A stretch of 64,000 bases of DNA from a virus. The stretch spans positions 1 to 64,000 of the IMG/VR virus record IMGVR_UViG_3300045988_125079, one strand, 5' to 3'. The notes under the pieces were generated by a model. It had not been told where the DNA came from, searched no databases, and worked only from the letters and a program-made list of their open reading frames with translations. This document shows positions 1 to 8,150 of this stretch, in pieces. The first letter of the stretch is position 1. Each line of letters opens with the position of its first letter. Position numbers and translations under genes: made by a program.

Positions 1-147
1 GAATTTTCCATAAAAATGCAAGAGCTTCTATAAAAATTTCTAAAAGTCTATATATTTCGATATAACGTCATAAATTTTGGCTAGTTTTTCAATTGATAAC
101 ATTTTGACATATATAAATCTCTAAAAATCTATAAGAAATTTGCAAAA

Positions 148-170
148 TTGGTGTAGTGATTGGTGTAGTA
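148..170. repeat. tandem direct repeat TTGGTGTAGT(G/A) x2 just 3' of int; candidate att/arm-type site
   Basis: ttggtgtagtg (148-158) and ttggtgtagta (160-170) read directly. They end 2 nt before the int stop codon. The A/T-rich tract 6-139 repeats TCTATAAAAAT-like words. Confidence 0.35.
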
Positions 171-172
171 GA

Positions 173-1333
173 TCAGGATGTTTTCTTAAAAAAATCATCG
201 ATGTTAGATTCTTGCATGACGTGGCTATATACATCTAGTGTTATTTGTGCCGTCGCGTGCCCCATAAGATATTGAACAGATTTTATATCCATCCCTGATT
301 GAATCATTCTTGAGCAAAACGTATGACGGAACGTATGAGGAGTGATGTGCAGCTCTTTGCCTTTATGACATGCATTGTATCCATTTATAATAGTGTCTAA
401 ATGCTGATCTACATGTTTTACCATCTGTGGACTTCCACGGTTCGTGAGAAAAAGAAATCCTACATACCCATCGACCATCGGCTCATTTTTTAATTGTTTT
501 CTATTTGCGATGACATTTTCAAAGCACTTAACAGCGATAGGCGACAACGGGATAATTCTATTACCTCTTTCTGATTTTGGAGTATCAATATAATATTTGT
601 TTTCGTAATCCCATTGTAACTGATGTGTTATTTTAATCCTCTTATTTTGCAGATCAACATCATTAAATGTCAGACCACATAATTCGCTTGCTCGGATACC
701 AGTTTCATATAGAATCATAATTTCATCGAGTCTTTTTATATAGACTTTGCTTTTACTCGTTTTTATGAATTCTATAAGCGAATTATAATCTTCTGTTTTT
801 ATCACTGATTTTTCCGAATGAGGTTTACCTACAATTTCAGAGAGATTAAACGAAAACGGATTGCAATCAATATTTTTTTCTCTACATGCCAAATCGAACG
901 CAGGTCTTATCAAAGAGAGAACAGAATTAACCGTTCCAAAGCAATAACCAGATTCATATAATTCTTTCGTCCACAGAAGAGCGTCGGAATAATTGATATC
1001 CGATATTATCCTTTGCCCAAATTCAAGCTGAGATAATAGTCTTAAATATCGCTTACGTTCTTTTTTTGTACCTTTTTTCCACGCATGCTCACGAATTGAA
1101 CAGTAGGTCTCCACAAGATTGATTACACTTGTTTTTGAACCATTTAAGTTTTTATTTAGAGCAACATTTATTAAAATGTCCTTCTCTTTCTCTCTAAGCT
1201 CCTTTAATGATCCAGCATACACAGAATGTCGTTTTCCGAACTTATCCGTCCAACGATATTGGTACAGTCCATCTTTACGTTGCGATTCACCTTCTTTCAA
1301 TACTTTCCCTTTATTGTCTTTTCTTCTTTTCAT
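173..1333 (-). CDS. int: tyrosine integrase (Tn916/phage-integrase family, N-terminal arm-binding region)
   Basis: C-terminal HTFRHTF...LMGH...VYSHV matches the R-H-R-Y catalytic signature. N-terminus is basic (KDGLYQYRWTDKFGKRH). ATG start, TGA stop. Confidence 0.9.
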   Translation of the reverse strand: MKRRKDNKGKVLKEGESQRKDGLYQYRWTDKFGKRHSVYAGSLKELREKEKDILINVALNKNLNGSKTSVINLVETYCSIREHAWKKGTKKERKRYLRLLSQLEFGQRIISDINYSDALLWTKELYESGYCFGTVNSVLSLIRPAFDLACREKNIDCNPFSFNLSEIVGKPHSEKSVIKTEDYNSLIEFIKTSKSKVYIKRLDEIMILYETGIRASELCGLTFNDVDLQNKRIKITHQLQWDYENKYYIDTPKSERGNRIIPLSPIAVKCFENVIANRKQLKNEPMVDGYVGFLFLTNRGSPQMVKHVDQHLDTIINGYNACHKGKELHITPHTFRHTFCSRMIQSGMDIKSVQYLMGHATAQITLDVYSHVMQESNIDDFFKKTS

Positions 1334-1404
1334 GGTAAAGCTCCTTACTCAATATAAAGAGCTCCGATGCGACATTTTAATTATATCACATCAGAGCTTG
1401 AGGT

Positions 1405-1599
1405 TCAAACAGAATATGTTTGATCTATGTATTTTTCCAGGGCTTTGCGCTTAATAAGGCGTTTTTTACCAACCCATAGAACTAAAGTATTATGTTCATC
1501 GTCCGTGATTTCACGCAACTTGCATACTCCAATTCCGGTATAAGCTGCAGCCTCCTCTAATGTAAGAGTAGTTTTTTCCCATAGTGGAATCGCTTTCAT
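1405..1599 (-). CDS. xis: excisionase-family HTH DNA-binding protein
   Basis: MKAIPLWEKTTLTLEEAAAYTGIGVCKLREI resembles the excisionase/MerR-like HTH. The internal ATG at 1599 overlaps the folD stop (TGATG). Sits directly upstream of int. Confidence 0.6.
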   Translation of the reverse strand: MKAIPLWEKTTLTLEEAAAYTGIGVCKLREITDDEHNTLVLWVGKKRLIKRKALEKYIDQTYSV

Positions 1600-2423
1600 T
1601 TTATCACATTCTCCATTTTCTCCGTCCCATACTTTGCCACGCACATATTATATAAGAGCATGGCGCGAGTCATCAGGCCAACGCCGCCGATGCGAGGGGT
1701 TACCTTGATATTCTCCATCTCATAAACAGCGTCAGCGCAATCACCGTGTTGCTTTCCGTTTTCATCATAGTTGATGCCAACATCGATGCAGATCTCTACT
1801 CGATCAAGACCAAGCGGTGTGATGAAATTACGTTTTCCGACTGCAGAGATGATCACGTCGACCATATCCAATGCAAGAGCCGTGCACTTCATAAAACTTC
1901 CGCTGCTATTTACAGAAATCACATTACAATGGCGCTTAATCAGCATATCAACCAGTGGACGACCAACAATATCAGACTGACCACATACAAGCACATTCTT
2001 GCCATCCAGATCGTAACCGATGGAGTCAAAAATCTTCATAACGCCCAACGGAGTACACGGCTGAAATTTGGATGTGGAATTAAAGCCATCAATATCAAGT
2101 TCATCTGGAATACAAATATTTTTGGGATCGATATGTTTTGGCAACGGAAGCTGAACAATGATACCGTCCACATATTCCCAGTTATAATCTTCTAAGATCT
2201 TGTTGTTCAACTCATCTTCAGTAATACTTTCCGGCAGTTTAATAAGCTCCGCTTCGATTCCAACCTCTTCACAGTCACGCAGCTTACCGCGAATATAAGC
2301 GTTGGATGCAGGGTTGTCCCCTACTTGATAAATATGTAAAATAGGAGCATAGTCATCTTCTGCGATGACATTCTTAATTTTGTTTTTGATATCTTGTGTA
2401 ATAGATTTGCAATCAATAATCAT
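1596..2423 (-). CDS. folD: bifunctional methylene-THF dehydrogenase/cyclohydrolase FolD
   Basis: Motifs NPASNAYIRGK, VQLPLPKHID, DGFN, PCTPLGV, GQSDIVGRPL and PRIGGVGLMT are typical of FolD. Confidence 0.9.
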   Translation of the reverse strand: MIIDCKSITQDIKNKIKNVIAEDDYAPILHIYQVGDNPASNAYIRGKLRDCEEVGIEAELIKLPESITEDELNNKILEDYNWEYVDGIIVQLPLPKHIDPKNICIPDELDIDGFNSTSKFQPCTPLGVMKIFDSIGYDLDGKNVLVCGQSDIVGRPLVDMLIKRHCNVISVNSSGSFMKCTALALDMVDVIISAVGKRNFITPLGLDRVEICIDVGINYDENGKQHGDCADAVYEMENIKVTPRIGGVGLMTRAMLLYNMCVAKYGTEKMENVIK

Positions 2424-2617
2424 TGTGAACCTCCTTTATACTCACTACTATACAGAATATTTCGTAGCTGATTGATAAAATCATTTACAACGCATTCACT
2501 GCAATCTAAATTAGCCGTACATATGCCACAGCTATCAGTATAATGGTACAGTAGATCTTCGATTGATTTTTTATAATATTCTGTTTGGTCTTTATAAAAC
2601 CCTAATTCTTCAGCCAT
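2420..2617 (-). CDS. hypothetical small Cys-containing protein
   Basis: Co-directional ORF with a stop-start overlap to folD. Contains CGIC...CSEC. Confidence 0.45.
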   Translation of the reverse strand: MAEELGFYKDQTEYYKKSIEDLLYHYTDSCGICTANLDCSECVVNDFINQLRNILYSSEYKGGSQ

Positions 2618-2810
2618 GTTCTTTCGCTTTCTTTTTGTTCATCACTTCAATACAATGATTATCATATTCATCAATAGCATCCCACGAAACTTGATAACTG
2701 CAACGTGGATCTGTTTTCATTAAATCGTTAATGTATTTTGCTTGAGCGATAGCTTCGTCTCGTGTATACAGCAAAGACATAATCAATTTAATATATCGTT
2801 TTCTTGTCAC
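2610..2810 (-). CDS. hypothetical protein
   Basis: Co-directional ORF overlapping both neighbours by a few nt. No motif recognised. Confidence 0.45.
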   Translation of the reverse strand: MTRKRYIKLIMSLLYTRDEAIAQAKYINDLMKTDPRCSYQVSWDAIDEYDNHCIEVMNKKKAKEHG

Positions 2811-3235
2811 AGCAAATACCTCATTCCACTCAAATATTTTTCCTTCAGCCGTGGCGTCAGTGTATCCACCTGTGACAGATGATCTTTCATGTCGGCCAGC
2901 TTAACAAACCATGCGCAGAGACCATATTTTTTGAAGTTCAGATAATGAATCTTCTCGCAATAATTATCATAATTTGCTTCGTCTGGCTTCGTTAGAAGTT
3001 TTAGTGCTTTCTTAAAATTCTTTGGCAGGCCACTTGGATCATAGTCTGTGTCCTCTAACAAGTCATGCATAATAGCCAAACAACGGCAATCATTTTTCAG
3101 GCTGTCTGGAATAGCAGCGTTTGCAGACACAAAGTTCATAACACGAACAGCATGTTCAAATGTTTTGTCGTCATAATACTGGCGTGCAATTTTTAGTGCA
3201 TCGCCAAGAACGACATAATTTTTATCAAGACTCAT
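2807..3235 (-). CDS. HD-domain protein, RelA/SpoT-type (p)ppGpp-hydrolase-like (small alarmone hydrolase candidate)
   Basis: FEHAVRVMNF ... LAIMHDLLEDTDYD matches the H..HD..ED signature of SpoT/Mesh1-type hydrolase domains. 142 aa, single domain. Confidence 0.65.
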   Translation of the reverse strand: MSLDKNYVVLGDALKIARQYYDDKTFEHAVRVMNFVSANAAIPDSLKNDCRCLAIMHDLLEDTDYDPSGLPKNFKKALKLLTKPDEANYDNYCEKIHYLNFKKYGLCAWFVKLADMKDHLSQVDTLTPRLKEKYLSGMRYLL

Positions 3236-3248
3236 TTAATTCACCATC

Positions 3249-3401
3249 TTATAAATATTTTTCATAATCATATGGAACGCAGCCGAATCTGTTGATATAC
3301 TTTACTGCTCTATGATGATTCTTTTTGCGAACCTTTTTAGAACGACCGTGTTCTATAAGATGATACATCCTAAGTATTTCTTTTAATGACATCTTGCGCA
3401 T
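3249..3401 (-). CDS. hypothetical small basic protein (50 aa, below the ORF-track cutoff)
   Basis: Hand translation gives MRKMSLKEILRMYHLIEHGRSKKVRKKNHHRAVKYINRFGCVPYDYEKYL. It fills an otherwise empty gap. Confidence 0.3.
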   Translation of the reverse strand: MRKMSLKEILRMYHLIEHGRSKKVRKKNHHRAVKYINRFGCVPYDYEKYL

Positions 3402-3430
3402 TTTTACACCACCTTATAAAAGTCTAGTTC

Positions 3431-3793
3431 TTAATACATCACGCCTCGATCGTTTGATAAATAGCAGCCCTCTAATGAGCTTGCAATTTTGTGGTATCTA
3501 TTATCAAGCTCAACAAGAAATGTGTTTATCATCTCATTATAAATATGTGCGGCCTCTTCGTAAGTGTCGGCAAATGCATAATATGATTGATTTGTATTCA
3601 CGCTGATTGTGCGATTTTTTGTTTTAAACTTCGACTTCCAATAATTCTTGTCATGAATAGTCCCTTGTACCGGCTTGCAATTGATACCGGCCTTCGTATC
3701 GTCAAATCGAAAGCCAACACACCACACTTCTTTATCGTCTGGAACAGACATAAGTGTATAAGTCATATTATTTATCATCCTTAAAACATACAT
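3431..3793 (-). CDS. hypothetical protein
   Basis: Co-directional 120-aa ORF. No motif recognised. Confidence 0.5.
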   Translation of the reverse strand: MYVLRMINNMTYTLMSVPDDKEVWCVGFRFDDTKAGINCKPVQGTIHDKNYWKSKFKTKNRTISVNTNQSYYAFADTYEEAAHIYNEMINTFLVELDNRYHKIASSLEGCYLSNDRGVMY

Positions 3794-3795
3794 TC

Positions 3796-4014
3796 TTAAT
3801 CGTCAAAAACTTCTTCTCTCAAAACAGGCTCATCGTGACTCTCTACACGACTGCCGCATTCTGGACATTGTGTTTGATAAAACAAAATCATATTCAATGA
3901 CCTCACAATCCAAACACCTTCCGAATCAGACCAAAATTCACAACCACAACCACATTTAAAATGATATGCAAGTTCTTTTGGAGTCTGCTTATGCTGAATA
4001 ATTTTAATCGCCAT
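3796..4014 (-). CDS. small zinc-ribbon protein (paralog group MA[IV]KI[IV].H...C..C.C.F)
   Basis: FKCGCGCEFW ... QCPECGS. GAAGGAGAAG RBS before the ATG. N-terminus is alignable with 4014..4346 and 4820..5092. Confidence 0.55.
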   Translation of the reverse strand: MAIKIIQHKQTPKELAYHFKCGCGCEFWSDSEGVWIVRSLNMILFYQTQCPECGSRVESHDEPVLREEVFDD

Positions 4015-4346
4015 TACTCTTCTCCTTCACTTAAACTTTTTAAGACTTTCTGTATTCTGTAATACCTACCAAACGGTGTCTCAAAAATAACTCTCAGCCG
4101 CTCAAAAAGTGTTGGTTTACCGAATACTTCATTATAATCTGCAATATCGATTTGTTTAGCAGTCTCGCCGCATTCAGGGCAAGTGTATCGCAACTCGAAA
4201 TTAGCAGCTGTGGCATAATAGTCTTTGTAGATTGAATCAAATGTATCGTCGGCATAAAAATCACAATGACAATAAGGACATTTAAACTCGATAGCAAATT
4301 TCTGAGGTTCTGGCTCATGGCCGTGCTTGACAATCTTAACAGCCAT
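4014..4346 (-). CDS. small zinc-ribbon protein (paralog)
   Basis: Internal ATG at 4346 is preceded by GGAGGT. MAVKIVKHGHEPEPQKFAIEFKCPYCHCDFY ... CPECGE. Confidence 0.55.
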   Translation of the reverse strand: MAVKIVKHGHEPEPQKFAIEFKCPYCHCDFYADDTFDSIYKDYYATAANFELRYTCPECGETAKQIDIADYNEVFGKPTLFERLRVIFETPFGRYYRIQKVLKSLSEGEE

Positions 4347-4566
4347 CTGGCACCTCCACGGTAAAGATATTTTTGGTTGCTTCTTTCCAAGAAATAAACT
4401 CAGCCCCAGCAACTTCCGCTCTACATCTATAGCACGCAATCACATTATTCTCAGGAATATCCAAATTAGGATTTTCAAAAGAAGCCACTCGAATCTTAGT
4501 TATGTAACCGCAATTCTTACATGGAAATACGATTACCGGATTTTTCAAACTATCAGTCTTATGCAT
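4336..4566 (-). CDS. small zinc-ribbon protein
   Basis: CKNCGY ... CYRCRAE (two CxxC pairs). Co-directional. Confidence 0.5.
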   Translation of the reverse strand: MHKTDSLKNPVIVFPCKNCGYITKIRVASFENPNLDIPENNVIACYRCRAEVAGAEFISWKEATKNIFTVEVPDGC

Positions 4567-4575
4567 ATCTACGCC

Positions 4576-4815
4576 TCAATTTACATACACGTTATTAGCT
4601 CCGTAAATAAACCACAATTCTCTTTCCGAGAGCAAGTTTTCTTTAGACAGAGCGAACTTGATAACTTCATCGATAACTTCATCATCTGTATGTATCTCGT
4701 TATATTCTGCCGTGTCGCAAACCTTGTAAGTTTTGCCATCTTTATCTTGAAGCAATGTTCCCTCACCAAGTTTTGACGGAGCTGTTTCCTTTTCTTCTTG
4801 AATATGTGCTTTCAT
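4576..4815 (-). CDS. hypothetical protein
   Basis: ATG at 4815 is preceded by AGGTGA. The longer track start would overlap the upstream gene. Confidence 0.45.
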   Translation of the reverse strand: MKAHIQEEKETAPSKLGEGTLLQDKDGKTYKVCDTAEYNEIHTDDEVIDEVIKFALSKENLLSERELWFIYGANNVYVN

Positions 4816-4819
4816 ACTA

Positions 4820-5092
4820 TCACCTACAATATGCGTGTAAAAAGGCAGATTCTCTTGCAAGTAATCTCATTCTAATTCCACAAGTACATTTATATTCAGG
4901 ACATTGTATTTCTGCCGGACGCCCTATATTATCATAATTTTTTATCGTCTCTCTAACAGGTCGTGCCGGTAAAGGCCATACATGAAATTCAGATCTTTTA
5001 GCTTCGAATATACATCCGCAAGAATCACAAGTCACTTTATATAAATTTTCAGAATCTTTTGCCTGATGTGTTCCATGCTTTATAACATTCAT
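4820..5092 (-). CDS. small zinc-ribbon protein (paralog)
   Basis: ATG at 5092 is preceded by GGAGGAGGAA. MNVIKHGTHQAKDSENLYKVTCDSCGCIFE ... CPEYKCTCG. Confidence 0.55.
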   Translation of the reverse strand: MNVIKHGTHQAKDSENLYKVTCDSCGCIFEAKRSEFHVWPLPARPVRETIKNYDNIGRPAEIQCPEYKCTCGIRMRLLARESAFLHAYCR

Positions 5093-5129
5093 ATTCTTTA
5101 TTCCTCCTCCACCCACCACTACCGAATAT

Positions 5130-5429
5130 TTACGTTACTTTTTCAAAGGTAAAAACCGTGTGTTTGGTCGTGATTTCTACGGAACTTTCATCGGTCGCAA
5201 TATCCACAGATACTACAGGAGATGTATGCATTCCACCATAATATGGATTACCATCATTGTCTTTGACATATCTGAATTGCGCAATCCAACCAATCGGAAT
5301 CGGGCGGAACTGCATTGTCATACCAACCCATTCAGGATACCATCCATCAAGACGTTTCCTGCCCGTATCGGCATAGACAGCATTCTTTAAAACGTAATTA
5401 CCTTTTGGCATTTGAATAATATCGTTCAT
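5130..5429 (-). CDS. hypothetical protein
   Basis: ATG at 5429 is preceded by GAGAGGTGGGA. No motif recognised. Confidence 0.45.
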   Translation of the reverse strand: MNDIIQMPKGNYVLKNAVYADTGRKRLDGWYPEWVGMTMQFRPIPIGWIAQFRYVKDNDGNPYYGGMHTSPVVSVDIATDESSVEITTKHTVFTFEKVT

Positions 5430-5730
5430 AAATTCCCACCTCTCGTTCTTCTTCATTCCAATGTGCAATACCATATTTATCACGAATACAATTCAATTCT
5501 GTGAGAACTTTTTTATACTGCGGATCACTCGGTTCTGTTCCGAACATTTTCGTCTCTACATTACCAAGTTCTGCGACATACGAATACCCACCATCTCTCA
5601 GTTTCGTCCCAAGAGCAATCAATTCGTCATCACTTTGTACCGATTCGTCATAGATACCATTTTCATCATAGTATTTAACACGTCTTTCTACATATGGGGA
5701 TTTAACTGTATATCCAAAACTACATCGCAT
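5398..5730 (-). CDS. hypothetical protein
   Basis: ATG at 5730 is preceded by AAGGAG at 8 nt spacing and lies downstream of the dut stop. Confidence 0.45.
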   Translation of the reverse strand: MRCSFGYTVKSPYVERRVKYYDENGIYDESVQSDDELIALGTKLRDGGYSYVAELGNVETKMFGTEPSDPQYKKVLTELNCIRDKYGIAHWNEEEREVGIYERYYSNAKR

Positions 5731-5749
5731 AAGCAATACTCCTTGATTA

Positions 5750-6280
5750 TTAAACACCAGTGCTTCCGAAACCCTTATCACCACGCTCAGTTTCGTTCAA
5801 TTCATCAACAACATCGAACTGTGCCTGATAATACGGAACAAACATGAACTGTGCGATACGATCACCATGGACGATTTCCTGGGGCATATCAGAATGGTTG
5901 TAGAGCGGAACCATGGCCTCTCCCCGGTAGTCTTGGTCAATAACGCCGACACAGTTTGCCGGAGCCAGTCCCTTCTTTGTAGCCAAGCCACTACGGGCAT
6001 AACCAAGAATTGCCCAACCTTCAGCTGGAGCAAAACGCAGTCCGGTACCAATCATACGAGTCTCGTGCGGACGCATATAAATGATAGGATTACCATGCTC
6101 GTCAAACAGGTCAGCCTTATTCGCTGGGATATATGCATATACATCGGCACAAGCAGCATTTGCAGAGCCGTAAGTCGGCAGATGAGCATCATCATACAGT
6201 TTGTTAACCTTGATGTTTGGATGGTAAGCGGCACGATAAACGGCATCACTAATTTTGACAGTTTTATTTCCTAAATCCAT
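5750..6280 (-). CDS. dut: dUTP diphosphatase (trimeric dUTPase)
   Basis: Motifs GSANAACADVYA, ARSGLA, VIDQDYRGE, GDRIAQ and RGDKGFGSTG. ATG at 6280 is preceded by AAAGGA. Confidence 0.9.
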   Translation of the reverse strand: MDLGNKTVKISDAVYRAAYHPNIKVNKLYDDAHLPTYGSANAACADVYAYIPANKADLFDEHGNPIIYMRPHETRMIGTGLRFAPAEGWAILGYARSGLATKKGLAPANCVGVIDQDYRGEAMVPLYNHSDMPQEIVHGDRIAQFMFVPYYQAQFDVVDELNETERGDKGFGSTGV

Positions 6281-6809
6281 ATTGTTTTCCTTTCTCTTCT
6301 GGAGCCCACCAAAGGACTGGTTTATTTTGCAATGCACTCTCATAGATATTGATTACCCGCTGGTTGGAACTTCCCATATATGGCAGAGAAATATCTCGTT
6401 GAGATTCAATGTATGGACCATCTACAAGTACATTTACAAGGGGAAGAATGTTATTAAAATCATTCCAACTTTGAACAATTTCTTCCCATGTATATCCTGT
6501 CCACATCCAAATATTTTTCGTCAAGCCAAATTCGTCCCATATACGCCGGCAAATCTGTTTAACTTCTTTTCTATTTTCTGGATATAACGGGTCTCCGCCA
6601 GTGAGCGTAAGACCTTGAATATAATCAGGTCGAAGTAAATCTACAATTTTATCGAGCGTTTTATCTGTGAATGGCTGACCACCATTCGGGTCCCATGTGG
6701 TAGGATTTTGACAACCGGGGCAGTGATGATTACAACCCTGCACGAACAATGTGACTCGCACCCCTTCACCATTCGCTATATCACATGGAACGATTTTAGC
6801 GTAATTCAT
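6264..6809 (-). CDS. nrdG: anaerobic ribonucleotide reductase activating protein (radical SAM)
   Basis: GCNHHCPGCQN is a CxxxCxxC cluster near the N-terminus. Size and position, in the same co-directional cluster about 1.3 kb downstream of nrdD (six small ORFs between), also fit. Confidence 0.9.
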   Translation of the reverse strand: MNYAKIVPCDIANGEGVRVTLFVQGCNHHCPGCQNPTTWDPNGGQPFTDKTLDKIVDLLRPDYIQGLTLTGGDPLYPENRKEVKQICRRIWDEFGLTKNIWMWTGYTWEEIVQSWNDFNNILPLVNVLVDGPYIESQRDISLPYMGSSNQRVINIYESALQNKPVLWWAPEEKGKQYGFRK

Positions 6810-6810
6810 G

Positions 6811-7011
6811 TCAAATCAACCTCGTCCACATACTTGCACAAGCGATAATAAAAACATTCAGTGCAACGCAACCATACATTCCATTCTTCTTATTACTTCG
6901 GAAAATATATGTAGAGGCATCATACAAAATCTGCTCGGAGCGAATTACCGTTGCGGTTAAAAGCAAAATAATATAAGCTTTGGCCATAAGCCAAGCAATC
7001 TCAGTCAGCAT
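6811..7011 (-). CDS. small hydrophobic (membrane) protein
   Basis: The 66-aa product is dominated by two hydrophobic stretches. Co-directional. Confidence 0.4.
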   Translation of the reverse strand: MLTEIAWLMAKAYIILLLTATVIRSEQILYDASTYIFRSNKKNGMYGCVALNVFIIACASMWTRLI

Positions 7012-7016
7012 TCACG

Positions 7017-7292
7017 TCACTCCCTTTCATGATAACTCTCACTCCAATCTATCGCTTGTCCACACTGTCCGCAGAACGAATTTTCTGCGCCGTCCTCATT
7101 ATATAAATATTCGCCACTACCACAGTTCGGACAAGCTAGAATACTTTTATCGCCATCAGGATATGGGCTACGAAGGATCTTCAATTGCAACGCATTTATC
7201 CCAATACAGCAAGCTTCTTCAACCGGATCAATTGTCTCATAATGCTCTCGATGTTTAGGATCAAGAATTTCAATCGCACGTTCAATAGTCAT
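7017..7292 (-). CDS. small zinc-ribbon protein
   Basis: CPNCGSGE ... CGQCGQ. Confidence 0.5.
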   Translation of the reverse strand: MTIERAIEILDPKHREHYETIDPVEEACCIGINALQLKILRSPYPDGDKSILACPNCGSGEYLYNEDGAENSFCGQCGQAIDWSESYHERE

Positions 7293-7510
7293 TTGCTTGC
7301 TTTTGCTCCTTTGATATATTTTTCAATAAGGACCAAGACTAACCAGATGCCAGTTGCGATTCTTAGCTCAAAATTCAATCTAAACAATTTAAAAATCACC
7401 CAGATAAGAGCAGATGTTATAATCCATGATGTAAAATAAGTGGCTACTAAAATCAAAAGAACAGCAGTGAACGATCTAACTGCATTAAAAAATTTTTTCC
7501 ATGAATTCAT
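7289..7510 (-). CDS. small membrane protein
   Basis: Two predicted hydrophobic helices. Stop-start overlaps with both neighbours. Confidence 0.45.
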   Translation of the reverse strand: MNSWKKFFNAVRSFTAVLLILVATYFTSWIITSALIWVIFKLFRLNFELRIATGIWLVLVLIEKYIKGAKASK

Positions 7511-7689
7511 TTTAAAATCTCCTGATTATTCGGAATATCGATTGGATTTCCCCACCCACCAGTTGAATGAATCTCAGGCGCTGGGTATTTTGATTCATCA
7601 ATAAAACACACATCTGACCACGTTTTACCGTCATCGAAGCTAATTTTATCAATTATAAATTTAGTTACTTGCAACTTTGACCTCCTCAT
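7507..7689 (-). CDS. hypothetical protein
   Basis: Co-directional 60-aa ORF. Confidence 0.4.
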   Translation of the reverse strand: MRRSKLQVTKFIIDKISFDDGKTWSDVCFIDESKYPAPEIHSTGGWGNPIDIPNNQEILK

Positions 7690-7870
7690 GCGAGATGGAT
7701 TTATTGGCCCACATCACACATTCTTCAAGTGCGTTCAGTGCCAATGCTTTCTCACGGCTTGGTTTGCAGTTTGTATCAATACATTTCTCAAGCCAAGCGG
7801 CATCGTGAACAATACCATTGATACGTTCTTGCTGCTCTTGTGTAATCGGTACTGATTCAAAACAATTCAT
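7661..7870 (-). CDS. hypothetical protein
   Basis: ATG at 7870 is preceded by GAGGGGG. Confidence 0.4.
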   Translation of the reverse strand: MNCFESVPITQEQQERINGIVHDAAWLEKCIDTNCKPSREKALALNALEECVMWANKSISHEEVKVASN

Positions 7871-7883
7871 AGATGATACCCCC

Positions 7884-8123
7884 TCAATCTTCCTGTGCAT
7901 GAACATGAGCAATTTCTACTTTTTGATCGCTTAAAAATATTGAAGCCTTACCATTTAAGATATCGACTCCTGTATTCACATGATCGCCATCTTCGTTCTT
8001 CCAGGGTTCAGCTTTAATATAAAGTCTGCCACAAAACCAGAAAGGGTCTCCAAAGTTCAATGACGCGAACATTACGATATCTCTTAAACTTTTACGAACT
8101 TCCATAATATAAAACCTACCCAC
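7884..8123 (-). CDS. hypothetical protein
   Basis: Co-directional ORF. Start is uncertain (8123 or 8105). Confidence 0.4.
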   Translation of the reverse strand: MGRFYIMEVRKSLRDIVMFASLNFGDPFWFCGRLYIKAEPWKNEDGDHVNTGVDILNGKASIFLSDQKVEIAHVHAQED

Positions 8124-8150
8124 CCACCCTTCGCTTTATGCGAATATTAT

